A stretch of 64,000 nt of DNA from the IMG/VR virus record IMGVR_UViG_3300049601_000013, positions 1-64,000 of that record; one strand, given 5' to 3'. Both the position numbers and the translations under genes were made by a program. Numbering within the stretch: the stretch's first letter is position 1; each line of letters starts with the position of its first letter. Below the pieces are notes generated by a model that was not told where the DNA came from, ran no database searches, and was given only the letters and a program-made list of their open reading frames with translations. Source of the DNA: a virus. Of this stretch, positions 16,256 to 25,077 are shown in pieces.

Positions 16256-17430
16256 TGGCCACCGTCTGGGTCCAGGGAGCCGAGCGCTTCGGCGACGGAG
16301 TCATCGGCGGCGTGATGGACGGCGGCAAGCCGCGCTCCACGCAACACACCGTCGAGTGTCCTCCCGGCCGCGGGTATTTCATGTCCATGGGCGCGTACCT
16401 CGTGCGCGTCGCGACCGAGCCGCAGCTGCTCTACGATCCCCAGTCGGACTCACTGGGCCAGTTCGGTCCGCTGAACCGGTCAGGGCGGGCGCTGCGCAAC
16501 GCGGGTTCGGTGCGTACCAACCGCACCGGCACGGTGAACATCCAGGTCGAGGTCTGCGCGTACGCGTCACGGCCGTGGACCACGGGCTTCAACCCGGCGG
16601 AGAAGCCCAACTACCTGAAGATGATCGCCGCGATCGACTCGTGGGACGTCCCGCGCGACTGGCCCGCCGGCCCGCCGCAGGCGTACCCGGGTGACCATGA
16701 TGACCGCGACATGTGGACGTGGCTCAACCGCTCCGGGTACTTCGGGCACAGCCAAGTGCCGGGCAATGATCACGGCGACCCCGGCGCCATCGACATCACG
16801 AAGTGTCCGCCTCGTGACGGCGTCGGCCCGACGCCGCCACCCGCCGACGCCAACGCCTTCCCGGGAGCGGCTTACTTCGGCCCGGGTAAGACGAACACGT
16901 ACATCACACGACTGGGTGAGATGCTCATCGCGCGGGGTGCGCGTCGGTTCTACGCCGTGGGACCGTCGCCCTTCTGGGGCGAGTCCGACCGGCTCGCCAC
17001 CCAGGCGTTCCAGCGGGCACAGGGCTGGACGGGCGCTGATGCGGACGGCTTCCCCGGCCCGACGACGTGGAGTCTGCTGACGCGCGGTGCTGGCAGTGAC
17101 GTCCCTAGTGGGGCGGCACCCACCACGCCGACCCCGGTGATCACGATTACGCTGCGTGGCATTCTCAACGCCGCGCGGTCCGACCCGCCAAAGAGCGACA
17201 CAAGCACCACGAACTACGCGGAGGTGATCGTGGTGGAGGACGCGCTCGCCGCGGACGGCTTCCTGGACCGATCGCTCGTGGACGGCCACTTCGGCACCGC
17301 CACCGTCGCCGCATACGCGGAGTTCCAGCGCAGCCTCGGCTACACCGGAGCCGCGGCGAACGGCATTCCGGGACTGTCGTCGCTGACGACGCTCGGCCGG
17401 CGGCACAACTTCAGGGTCGTGGAACGGTGA
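16255..17430 (+). CDS. endolysin (amidase-type catalytic domain plus two peptidoglycan-binding repeats)
   Basis: GHSQVPGNDHGDPG catalytic-type motif. Wall-binding repeats are AFQRAQGWTGADADGFPGPTTW and FQRSLGYTGAAANGIPG (PG_binding_1-like). Confidence 0.75.
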   Translation: MATVWVQGAERFGDGVIGGVMDGGKPRSTQHTVECPPGRGYFMSMGAYLVRVATEPQLLYDPQSDSLGQFGPLNRSGRALRNAGSVRTNRTGTVNIQVEVCAYASRPWTTGFNPAEKPNYLKMIAAIDSWDVPRDWPAGPPQAYPGDHDDRDMWTWLNRSGYFGHSQVPGNDHGDPGAIDITKCPPRDGVGPTPPPADANAFPGAAYFGPGKTNTYITRLGEMLIARGARRFYAVGPSPFWGESDRLATQAFQRAQGWTGADADGFPGPTTWSLLTRGAGSDVPSGAAPTTPTPVITITLRGILNAARSDPPKSDTSTTNYAEVIVVEDALAADGFLDRSLVDGHFGTATVAAYAEFQRSLGYTGAAANGIPGLSSLTTLGRRHNFRVVER

Positions 17431-17669
17431 ACGTTCCGGTGACGGGATCCAACATCACCACCGCGACCACGGCCGGCGGCGCGACGTACGTGGGTGCGAC
17501 GCTCCTCCTGGCACTGCTCAACGCCTTCGCCAACCCGGACCTACGGACGGGAATGCCGGGATGGGTAGAGGTCTTCGTAGCCCCGCTCGTGCCGGCGCTG
17601 GTCACCCTGGTGGCCGGCTACGTGGCCAAGAATCCGGCTGAGATGAGCGCGGGTCGCCACCGCGGCTAG
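17427..17669 (+). CDS. holin-like membrane protein (2 TM)
   Basis: Two hydrophobic segments (GATYVGATLLLALLNAF and VFVAPLVPALVTLVAGYV) and a charged C-terminus. It overlaps the endolysin stop and is followed by a strong terminator. Confidence 0.6.
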   Translation: MNVPVTGSNITTATTAGGATYVGATLLLALLNAFANPDLRTGMPGWVEVFVAPLVPALVTLVAGYVAKNPAEMSAGRHRG

Positions 17670-17681
17670 CGCGCGTAGGAC

Positions 17682-17718
17682 GTCAACGACCGTGCGGCGG
17701 TACGGTCGTTGACTTTTT
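17682..17718 (+). terminator. rho-independent terminator after the lysis cassette
   Basis: GTCAACGACCGT / ACGGTCGTTGAC stem followed by TTTTT. Confidence 0.8.
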
Positions 17719-17738
17719 AGTCACATGTGTTGTATAGT
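17709..17738 (+). promoter_or_regulatory. sigma70-like promoter
   Basis: TTGACT (17709-17714, inside the terminator stem and T-tract), 18 nt spacer, TATAGT (17733-17738). It precedes gene 17783. Confidence 0.55.
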
Positions 17739-17782
17739 AGTACCATCAGCAACGACACGACAACGACCTGAGGGAGACAGAC

Positions 17783-17974
17783 ATGGCAACGGTCACCAAG
17801 TGGTCCTGCTCCGGCTGCGGCAAGCGGGCGATCAAGATGCGTACGAAGACCGGTCGACGGTGGTACATCGTACACACCTCCGACTGCACGGTCCAGGCGA
17901 ACCTCACCGAAGACGTGGGACCGGTCACATCGGTAAACGATCCGGACAACGCGTACTTCGTGAAAGACGACTAA
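17783..17974 (+). CDS. hypothetical small Cys-containing protein
   Basis: ATG lies behind GAGGGAG and a predicted promoter. Contains WSCSGCGK...HTSDC. The C-terminus carries SVNDPDNAYFV. Confidence 0.5.
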   Translation: MATVTKWSCSGCGKRAIKMRTKTGRRWYIVHTSDCTVQANLTEDVGPVTSVNDPDNAYFVKDD

Positions 17975-17991
17975 GATCTTATGACCGATGG

Positions 17992-18021
17992 TTGACATCG
18001 CGTCATATCATCTGATACATT
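17992..18021 (+). promoter_or_regulatory. sigma70-like promoter
   Basis: TTGACA (17992-17997), 18 nt spacer, TACATT (18016-18021). It precedes gene 18060. Confidence 0.5.
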
Positions 18022-18059
18022 AATCTCAGCACAACAACACGACACGACGGGAGATCACG

Positions 18060-18971
18060 ATGACCGACACGATGGTAACCACACGGTCCGTCCCGTGGAT
18101 GCAGCTGGGCAGCATCCTCGATGAGGAAGTCATGACGGCGGAGCGTGCGATCGACCTCGGTGGAATGGACTTCACCGTCTCCATGCAGCCGTGCTTCCAG
18201 CGGCTGAGCACCGGCACCTTCGCGGAGATCACAAACCGTAAGGCGGTCACGCGAGACGACACGGAGGAGGTCTTTGAGGTCGTCTCTGACGGCTACGAGA
18301 TCCTGCAGTTCGGCGAGGCGTTCGACTTCCTCGACGCGATCAACCCGCGGTTCGTCGCGGCGGGAACGCTCAAGGGTGGCAAGCAGGGCTTCGTCGTCGT
18401 GCAGGCGCCTGAGATGGAGTCGCTCAACCTGCTGGGTGATGACAAGCATGACATGTACGTCGTCGTGCGAACGTCGCACGACCGCTCCCGGGCGGTGGAG
18501 GCGATGATCATGCCTCTCCGTGAGAGGTGCATGAACCAGCTCGGGCTCCAGTCCTTCAAGGCGGGCGTCGCGAACCGCTGGTCCATCCCTCACACGAAGT
18601 CCATGCACGACAAGCTGATCGTCGCGCAGGACGCGATCACAAAGATCGACGTGTACGCGGATGAGCTCAAGAAGACGGCGGAGCGGCTCGCGGCGGCGAC
18701 CTTCTCCCGGGAGACCGGCGAGAAGCTGATCCGGCGGGTGCTGCCTCAGCGGCCGAAGACCGATGAGGTCGTGGCACGGATCCTGGACCTCTGGCAGCAC
18801 GGCGAGACGGTCGGCTACGCGGGCAACGGGTGGGGACTCGTCAACGCGGTGTCGGACTACTTCGACCACGGTCGCGCGGGCGGCTCGGCGGAGTCCCGGT
18901 TCACCGGGGCGCTGCAGGGTGTGACCTACAAAATGATCAACTCAACGGCGGCACTCGCGCTCGCGGCGTGA
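18060..18971 (+). CDS. DUF932/DUF945-family phage-plasmid protein
   Basis: DGYEILQFGEAFDFLD...GTLKGGKQGFVVVQ pattern typical of the family. It has its own promoter and terminator. Confidence 0.65.
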   Translation: MTDTMVTTRSVPWMQLGSILDEEVMTAERAIDLGGMDFTVSMQPCFQRLSTGTFAEITNRKAVTRDDTEEVFEVVSDGYEILQFGEAFDFLDAINPRFVAAGTLKGGKQGFVVVQAPEMESLNLLGDDKHDMYVVVRTSHDRSRAVEAMIMPLRERCMNQLGLQSFKAGVANRWSIPHTKSMHDKLIVAQDAITKIDVYADELKKTAERLAAATFSRETGEKLIRRVLPQRPKTDEVVARILDLWQHGETVGYAGNGWGLVNAVSDYFDHGRAGGSAESRFTGALQGVTYKMINSTAALALAA

Positions 18972-18977
18972 TCTCAC

Positions 18978-19003
18978 GACCCGCCGGCTTCGGCCGGCGG
19001 GTC
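18978..19003 (+). terminator. hairpin terminator
   Basis: GACCCGCCGGC ttcg GCCGGCGGGTC, directly after the stop at 18971. Confidence 0.65.
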
Positions 19004-19025
19004 TCTCACTTGGGAGGGATGACGC

Positions 19026-19406
19026 GTGGGATCACCACGAGTTCGCATGGTGGAACCGTACGAAGAGGTACGCGCGCAGCGCGAAGATGCGTGGATGGAG
19101 AAGGCCGCGTGCGCGGACGATGATCCCTACCTCTATGATGAGCGGTACGATAGGCGACCTCCGTCCAACGTACGCTGCTTCAGCGGCTGCGTCGTACGCG
19201 CGCAGTGCTTCACATTCGCGGTACGTCACGGCTTCGAGGGCGTCTGGGGCGGCACAACGCACAAGCAGCGTAAGCTGCTGCAGCGGCGCCAGAGTCGCGT
19301 ACGCTGCCCCGGGTCCGAGTGTGGCGGCACTCACATCCAGCGCGACGGCGGGCGTGCCACGTGCGCAAGCTGTGGGCTCAGCTGGCCTACGACGCAGTCC
19401 GCCTAG
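19026..19406 (+). CDS. whiB: WhiB-family transcription factor with C-terminal zinc-ribbon extension
   Basis: Cys cluster AACADD...RCFSGCVVRAQC, then the GVWGG turn and a basic KQRKLLQRRQ. Extra CPGSECGG...CASCG follows. The start is uncertain (GTG 19026 after GGGAGGG, or ATG 19047). Confidence 0.75.
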   Translation: MGSPRVRMVEPYEEVRAQREDAWMEKAACADDDPYLYDERYDRRPPSNVRCFSGCVVRAQCFTFAVRHGFEGVWGGTTHKQRKLLQRRQSRVRCPGSECGGTHIQRDGGRATCASCGLSWPTTQSA

Positions 19407-19414
19407 CAATGCGC

Positions 19415-19443
19415 TCAGCCCCGGTCCGGTGGGCCGGGGCTGA
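19415..19443. terminator. bidirectional hairpin terminator between convergent genes
   Basis: TCAGCCCCGG / CCGGGGCTGA stem between the whiB stop (19406) and the GT1 stop (19459). Confidence 0.65.
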
Positions 19444-19458
19444 CTCGCGTGCCAAGTT

Positions 19459-20520
19459 CTACCGGAGGCGTGCCGCCTCCTCCCAGACCTCCATCCAGCG
19501 ACTCGCGTGCTGGGCGTATGACAGCTTCTGTGCGGCCACACGTGCCTGCAGTCCACGAAGTCGACGGTACGACTCATCTTCCACGAGTCGCTTCAGCTCG
19601 CGGTACCACTCCTTGGGACGTTCGGCGAGAACGCCAATGCCCGTCTCCTCGTGCAGCTTGACGTACTCGGCGCGCGGTGACATGACGCAGGGTACGCCGA
19701 GGGCGGCGTACTCCAGCGGCTTCAGGTACGACTTCGCCGCGTTGAAGCGCGTGTTCGCCAGCGGCGCGATCCCGACTCCGATGCGCGTTACCGCGTGAGG
19801 CCAGTCGTCGATGTGCAGTGAACCCGTCGCCTCAACGTCATCCTCGCCGACTCCGAACGCGGTGGCCACGTGCTCGCGCGGGCCGGCGAAGCGAAAGGTC
19901 GCCCCGTTGTTCACCAGGCGCGCCACCGCGGGACCCACCTCGGGACCGTCGTCCGGGTGCGTCCACGCCGAGCCACACCAGCCGATCGTGTCGTTGTCCT
20001 CGTGCTCGATCTCCAAGTAGTGGTTCGGCACGAAGTTCGGAATGACGCGGGCGCCGTGAACGCCGCGGTACTTAAGCGCCAGCGCGTCACTGGAGACGAC
20101 GGTGAGCGTCGAGTTGCGCGCGGCGGTCTCCACGTGATGCCACGAGTGATCTTGTGTGAGTGTGTTGCCCGCCGTCTTGGGATGAAGTATCTTCCACGCC
20201 GGGTTGTTCGGGTGAATGGACGAGAGGTCATCGTCGATGTCCATGACGACCGCGACGCCCTGCCGACGCATCACCTCGATCGCCTGCGCCAGAAACTTGT
20301 GTGACACCCGTTGAAGCACGATGACGTCGGCATCCGACGGAAGTGACACACGCTTAACGACGCCGTTGGTGATCTCCGCGTGAAACTGGCCACGAGACTC
20401 CGGCGGCATCACCGTGACATCGTAGCCCTGCTTCTTAAGCTCTTCCGCCGGCCAGATGATGCGAAAGTGACCGCAGCCGGTCGCGTCCGCCGGGTAAGCA
20501 TAGATCTTCATACTTACCAC
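19459..20520 (-). CDS. glycosyltransferase, GT-B (GT1/GT4-like)
   Basis: MKIYAYPADATGCGHFRIIWPAEEL..VVMDIDDD..; the C-terminal half has the typical GT-B nucleotide-sugar-binding layout. An alternative ATG lies at 20511. Confidence 0.7.
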   Translation of the reverse strand: MVSMKIYAYPADATGCGHFRIIWPAEELKKQGYDVTVMPPESRGQFHAEITNGVVKRVSLPSDADVIVLQRVSHKFLAQAIEVMRRQGVAVVMDIDDDLSSIHPNNPAWKILHPKTAGNTLTQDHSWHHVETAARNSTLTVVSSDALALKYRGVHGARVIPNFVPNHYLEIEHEDNDTIGWCGSAWTHPDDGPEVGPAVARLVNNGATFRFAGPREHVATAFGVGEDDVEATGSLHIDDWPHAVTRIGVGIAPLANTRFNAAKSYLKPLEYAALGVPCVMSPRAEYVKLHEETGIGVLAERPKEWYRELKRLVEDESYRRLRGLQARVAAQKLSYAQHASRWMEVWEEAARLR

Positions 20521-20735
20521 GTGCTCGCGTCAAAACCATGCACGAGATCCCGAATAAACAACTCTGCCGCAGCCTCCGTCGCAAATGAACCCGAAGTGGC
20601 AACACGTGCGCTGCCACCGGAAACATTCGCGATTTCTACGTTCCAGTTGGATGGACCATCTTGGATTGCGTAGATGGAAAAGACTTGCGCCAAGTTGACG
20701 TAGCTGCCGTCAATGATTTTGATGAAGCCATTCAC
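20514..20735 (-). CDS. hypothetical small protein
   Basis: GTG 20735 forms a GTGA overlap with the upstream GT2 stop. The 73-aa product has no recognisable motif. Confidence 0.4.
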   Translation of the reverse strand: MNGFIKIIDGSYVNLAQVFSIYAIQDGPSNWNVEIANVSGGSARVATSGSFATEAAAELFIRDLVHGFDASTW

Positions 20736-21313
20736 CAGCGATCTCCTCGTCCCGAAGTATTTCCCGTACCGTGATCCCACACCCATGTGCGACACGGCGA
20801 GTGCACGATCTTGCCGCCGGCGTAGTGCACCGCGAGCCAGCAGCCCCAATCCTCGTTGGGGTGACCTGCGGCGTCCGGATGAGGCCTAAAGCCGTGAACG
20901 TCGCCTAGTGCTTGCGTTCGTGCGACGACCGTCACCGGGATGTAGTTGCTGCGCTCCAGGTGTACCGGGTCGAACGGCTTCCCGAACATTCCCAAGGGAT
21001 CCGTGCCGTTGATGACGTCGAACCACGGATACACGACGTCAGCTCGACTCTCACGAGCCTCAGCCATGCACGTCTCAATGTGATTGGGGTAGAGGTAGTC
21101 GTCATCATCCAGGAACGCGACGTACTTCGTCTCCACCATGTTAAGACCGCGATTACGCGTCACTGCGGCGCCCTCGTGGTGTACGTCCGTCACCACGATG
21201 ATGTCGGCAGGCATTACAGACTGCGTTAGCAGTGAGCCCAATGCCCTCTTCAGAAGTCGAGCTCGCGTGGGAATGTGCGGAATGACCACTGTCACATCTT
21301 CGAAGTCAGTCAC
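20732..21313 (-). CDS. glycosyltransferase family 2 (GT-A)
   Basis: VVIPHIPTR...LLTQS...AVTRNRGL...VAFLDDDDYLYPNH (DxD). It ends HGTGNTSGRGDRW. Confidence 0.8.
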   Translation of the reverse strand: MTDFEDVTVVIPHIPTRARLLKRALGSLLTQSVMPADIIVVTDVHHEGAAVTRNRGLNMVETKYVAFLDDDDYLYPNHIETCMAEARESRADVVYPWFDVINGTDPLGMFGKPFDPVHLERSNYIPVTVVARTQALGDVHGFRPHPDAAGHPNEDWGCWLAVHYAGGKIVHSPCRTWVWDHGTGNTSGRGDRW

Positions 21314-21861
21314 CAGCGATCCGCCCTTCCACTGGTGTTGCCGGTGCCGTGATGCCAGCGCCAGGTACGTTGAGGAAGATGCACGATCTTTGCACCCAGC
21401 TCAATGCAGCGCAACGTGAAATCCCAGTCCTCACCACCGCCTGCATCTCGGAACCCGACCTCTTGAGCAAGCTTCGTTCGCACCATGGTGGTAACCGTGG
21501 TGTGATGCGGATCATTGACGTCGTATGTCTTTCCGAAATGCTGAGGAAACGGGTCGAATCCATTGACGACTTCGAACCATGAAAAGACGTAGTCCGCACC
21601 GGTCGCGGCGGCCATGCTGATCAGCCTTGCAACGTGCTCAGGCATGAACTCATCATCATCATCAAGGAACGCGACCCAGTCCGTCTGAATCGCGTTCAGT
21701 GCGCGCTGCCGGTTGCCGGCCGCCCCGAGCCGTTCGTGGTCGACCGAGATGCTCAGCTGCCGGACCGGGTAGGTCTGACTCAGTACGGATCCAACGGCCC
21801 GCTGGAGGAGGTCTGCCCGCACTGGAATGCTCGGTATGGCGACGCCGACGGTGTCAGGCAT
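21310..21861 (-). CDS. glycosyltransferase family 2 (GT-A), paralog of 20732..21313
   Basis: VAIPSIPVR...VLSQT...AGNRQRAL...VAFLDDDDEFMPEH. It ends HGTGNTSGRADRW. ATG 21861 overlaps the upstream TGA. Confidence 0.8.
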   Translation of the reverse strand: MPDTVGVAIPSIPVRADLLQRAVGSVLSQTYPVRQLSISVDHERLGAAGNRQRALNAIQTDWVAFLDDDDEFMPEHVARLISMAAATGADYVFSWFEVVNGFDPFPQHFGKTYDVNDPHHTTVTTMVRTKLAQEVGFRDAGGGEDWDFTLRCIELGAKIVHLPQRTWRWHHGTGNTSGRADRW

Positions 21862-22441
21862 GCGTGGCACCCCAGATCTGATATGTGTAGTACGCGCTGG
21901 GTCCGGTCGGCGTGAAGAGCATATGATTGCTTGGCGCCCAACCCGCCTGCTCCAGGAGGTCCAGAACGCCGTGCTCATCCCAGCCCCAGTAGTGCTCAGG
22001 ATTATTAGCGTCCTGCTCGTCTCGAGGGGTCGACAGTATCAGCTGACTCGCGTGATTGCGAATCTTCACCAGCAGCTCGTGAGGCTTATCGATGTGCTCA
22101 AGCGTCTCTGACAGGACGAAGAGGTCGACGTAGCCAATGAGGTCGATGGTGCGCTCGATCGCGCCGGTGAACGCGTACTCATCGTTGTGCACGTAGTCGC
22201 CCAAGATGACCAGGCGTGTGCCCTCGATGTTACGCGCGATGGTCGCATCGCCGCACGACAGGTCCGCGACGATGCGCCGCGCACTCGGCGCCGTCCACGC
22301 GTGGATGCAGTCCAGCGTCGCATTCACACGCTGGATGTGATCCTCCCAGCGGGTGTGATCGTACTGCTTGGCATACACGGTGTGAAGTTCTTCCGGCGTG
22401 TACGCCGGTCGCAGTCGGCGAATGCTCACCGTGTTACGCAC
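21854..22441 (-). CDS. class I SAM-dependent methyltransferase
   Basis: IVADLSCGDATIA (motif I-like) and DLFVLSETLEHIDKP (motif-IV-region pattern of small-molecule/O-methyltransferases). Confidence 0.65.
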   Translation of the reverse strand: MRNTVSIRRLRPAYTPEELHTVYAKQYDHTRWEDHIQRVNATLDCIHAWTAPSARRIVADLSCGDATIARNIEGTRLVILGDYVHNDEYAFTGAIERTIDLIGYVDLFVLSETLEHIDKPHELLVKIRNHASQLILSTPRDEQDANNPEHYWGWDEHGVLDLLEQAGWAPSNHMLFTPTGPSAYYTYQIWGATHA

Positions 22442-23112
22442 CTCGCAACGATCTTATCAGCATCCAACTGAAGCTGCTCTTCGAGGTATTGTCGAAAGAG
22501 TCGGCCGTCGTTCTCGTACATCTCTCCGGAGTTGACCTCCGCGTACCGCTCATCCCAGGCGGCCTTGCCGGCGACGGGATGCATGTGCTCAATGATGACG
22601 TCGTTGATGTACGCCAGCCGCTGGAGCCGCATGCCCAGCGCCTTCCAGAAGTCATCGAGGTAGAGGTGGATCATGCCGGGCGGCACCATGTATCCGAGCG
22701 TCTCGATGATGCACGACGACATCCAGACGGCGGTCGGCAGGTTGACCCCCTGGATGAGGTCGTTGCCGTAGGCGAGGCCGACGCCGCCGAGCGTCGCGAT
22801 GCTCGCGGCGAGGCGCTGATCCCACCCGTACGTTCGCGGACGGTGATCGTCGCCCATGAAGCCGATGATGTCGTAGTTGTCCGCGTAGAACGTCGCGAAG
22901 TCGTTGAGCGTTGGGCCGAGGCGCTTACGCGAAGTGACCGCGAAGCGAACCCAGTTGGGCGCGTCGACGAGCGCCGCGCGGTAAGACTCCAACGTCTCAT
23001 CGTCATCATCGACGACGATCAAGAGCTCCGCGTAAGATCGCGTGTCACGCCACGACTGGATCAAGTTGGTGATGTTGTCCGGTCGTCCACGAGACGGAAC
23101 GATGACGAGCAT
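22426..23112 (-). CDS. GT-A-like glycosyltransferase
   Basis: MLVIVPSRGRP...LLIVVDDDDE...GFMGDDH. ATG 23112 follows GGGAGGTAGAG. Confidence 0.55.
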   Translation of the reverse strand: MLVIVPSRGRPDNITNLIQSWRDTRSYAELLIVVDDDDETLESYRAALVDAPNWVRFAVTSRKRLGPTLNDFATFYADNYDIIGFMGDDHRPRTYGWDQRLAASIATLGGVGLAYGNDLIQGVNLPTAVWMSSCIIETLGYMVPPGMIHLYLDDFWKALGMRLQRLAYINDVIIEHMHPVAGKAAWDERYAEVNSGEMYENDGRLFRQYLEEQLQLDADKIVARCVTR

Positions 23113-23146
23113 CTCTACCTCCCAGTGAGAGATCTCCACGGTCGCG

Positions 23147-23869
23147 CTACACGAACGCCACCGCGAATGGATATTCTACCGCGGGTCCCGCGTACTGGAT
23201 GCTGACGTAGCGCGGTCGGCCGGTGTCGGCGCCCCAGGTCGATGTGGAAGACAACGTTTGCCCGGTAAGTACCAGGTCTGTGACCTGCGTTCCGGTGTTA
23301 TTGATGAAGTAACCCACGTGCCGCATTGACGCTTGCACAAGTCCCTGTCCCACGAATGCATCCGATGCGGTGAGAACCTGACCTGCGGCGTTGGTCTCAC
23401 GAAGCCTAAAAAACGTGAAGAGTCCCGCGCCAGCGAGAAGCCAGCCGTCGATCTCGACCCTGTACGCCGCGCCACTCATGAGGTTGAATCGTGAGAACGT
23501 CTCCAGCACGGTCTCGGTTGTGGTGATGGTCGTGGCGTGGTTGGTGAAGCCACCCTCTTCATACCGCTGGACACTTGTGGAGCTGATAATGCCTACCACA
23601 TAGTTGCCCGCGGGCGGCACAAACATCACCATGACACGCATGCCGACCGCGAGTCCTCCAGCCAGCGATGCGGCGATGATCGTCGTGCTCTCATCATCGC
23701 CGTCGAGCTGCACGCGCGGGTTGTACGGCCCACCGGCCGCGGTCGTGTCCACGACAAGTCCCGGCCGTAGTCCCCACGTCAGGCCCAGGCGTCGTGCTTG
23801 CGTCACCAGCTCATCGACGCTTGCCAGTGAGACGGTCTGCGTAATCGTAGGATCAACGGGTGTGCTCAT
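23147..23869 (-). CDS. minor tail protein (distal tail/fibre module)
   Basis: Last gene of the tail block. ATG 23869 overlaps the upstream stop. The protein looks beta-rich with no enzymatic motif. Confidence 0.5.
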   Translation of the reverse strand: MSTPVDPTITQTVSLASVDELVTQARRLGLTWGLRPGLVVDTTAAGGPYNPRVQLDGDDESTTIIAASLAGGLAVGMRVMVMFVPPAGNYVVGIISSTSVQRYEEGGFTNHATTITTTETVLETFSRFNLMSGAAYRVEIDGWLLAGAGLFTFFRLRETNAAGQVLTASDAFVGQGLVQASMRHVGYFINNTGTQVTDLVLTGQTLSSTSTWGADTGRPRYVSIQYAGPAVEYPFAVAFV

Positions 23870-25062
23870 GCGTAGATCCTCTGCATCGTGTGCGTCATCT
23901 GACCGCCCTCGACCAGTGGCATGGACCACGCCGTCTCGAGCCAGAGCTCGCCGGCCCAGCGGATGACGTCGTAGGAGTCGTGACGCGGGTCGGGCGGCGT
24001 CGCCAGCGACACGCGCTCGACGACACGCTGGTTGAGTCCGATGTTGCGCGCCATGGCGTTGGCCTGTGACGTCGACGTCACCTGGGTGTCGATGATATCC
24101 GGGATGACGAAGCCACGTCGGGCAATGGAGTGAGGCGCGGACGCCGGAATGTCGAACCGTCCCACGACGGGCGTCGTTCGGTTGTCGCCCATGGCCTCAT
24201 TGGAGACCACAATGATACGGTTGGGCGCGTTGAGCAAGTCGTTCGTCCGGGTGATTGAGTCGCGGATGACGTTGAACTGCCTGTCAAAGTCGAACCGTGG
24301 CACCGCGTCCTCGGGGTTGAACGCGCGAATCATGTGAAAGTTCGCGTCATTGCCCATCCACGGCGTGAAGTAGTCTCCGGTGAGCGCCAGGTCTCCGAGG
24401 ACCGTGACGCCCTCGGTGCCGGTCTGCCACGAGCCACTGGACACGTAGTTGGTGAATTCGATGTCACGCTCGATGCGCGGCATCGTGTCGCGTGTGTTGC
24501 CGACGGTGAATGACGACGTAAGACCGCCAACGTACGCCTGTGGGTTAAAGAGCGTGTAGCGGTCGAGAAAGTCGTTGATCAGGTCATACACGTTGGTGCG
24601 TCCGACGCCGTCCAGCGTGAAGCTCTTGGGCAGCACCGCCGCGCTGAAGCTCTCAGAGATCTTCTGCGCGATGACGAACATCTCATCGGTCAGCGCCACG
24701 GTGCTCAGGTCGCCGGCGGTCGTCGGAATGAGCGACTTGCTCACCGACATGTAGCGGCCCAGTGGAAACTCACGCCCGTCACCGGTGATCATAAAGACGT
24801 TGATGCGGTGCGTGATCTCATCGAACGTCGCCGTGTCCGCGGCGTTGAGGGTCAGCGTAAGCGTCCGCTTCACGCCTCGTGACGTGTCGTGCGCGAGCGT
24901 CGGCGTCGTGTCGCGGATCGGGTGAATCTCACCGACCGTGAACTCGGTGATGACGTCGACCACATCGAATCGGAACGTCGAGCCGCGTAGTCCGCGCTCC
25001 GTGAAGTCGAAGAACTCATCCGGCTCATCCGTCGTGATCGGGTGACGCGTGATGACGGGCAC
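23866..25062 (-). CDS. minor tail protein
   Basis: 398 aa, positioned between the large tail protein and the distal tail gene. The call rests on synteny. Confidence 0.55.
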   Translation of the reverse strand: MPVITRHPITTDEPDEFFDFTERGLRGSTFRFDVVDVITEFTVGEIHPIRDTTPTLAHDTSRGVKRTLTLTLNAADTATFDEITHRINVFMITGDGREFPLGRYMSVSKSLIPTTAGDLSTVALTDEMFVIAQKISESFSAAVLPKSFTLDGVGRTNVYDLINDFLDRYTLFNPQAYVGGLTSSFTVGNTRDTMPRIERDIEFTNYVSSGSWQTGTEGVTVLGDLALTGDYFTPWMGNDANFHMIRAFNPEDAVPRFDFDRQFNVIRDSITRTNDLLNAPNRIIVVSNEAMGDNRTTPVVGRFDIPASAPHSIARRGFVIPDIIDTQVTSTSQANAMARNIGLNQRVVERVSLATPPDPRHDSYDVIRWAGELWLETAWSMPLVEGGQMTHTMQRIYA

Positions 25063-25077
25063 AACGTCTCCTAGGTG

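Noticed and set aside
20736-20849. Longer version of the small ORF 20514-20849
   Set aside because: Its upstream part overlaps the GT2 gene's conserved C-terminus in another frame. The GTG 20735 GTGA overlap is the economical start.
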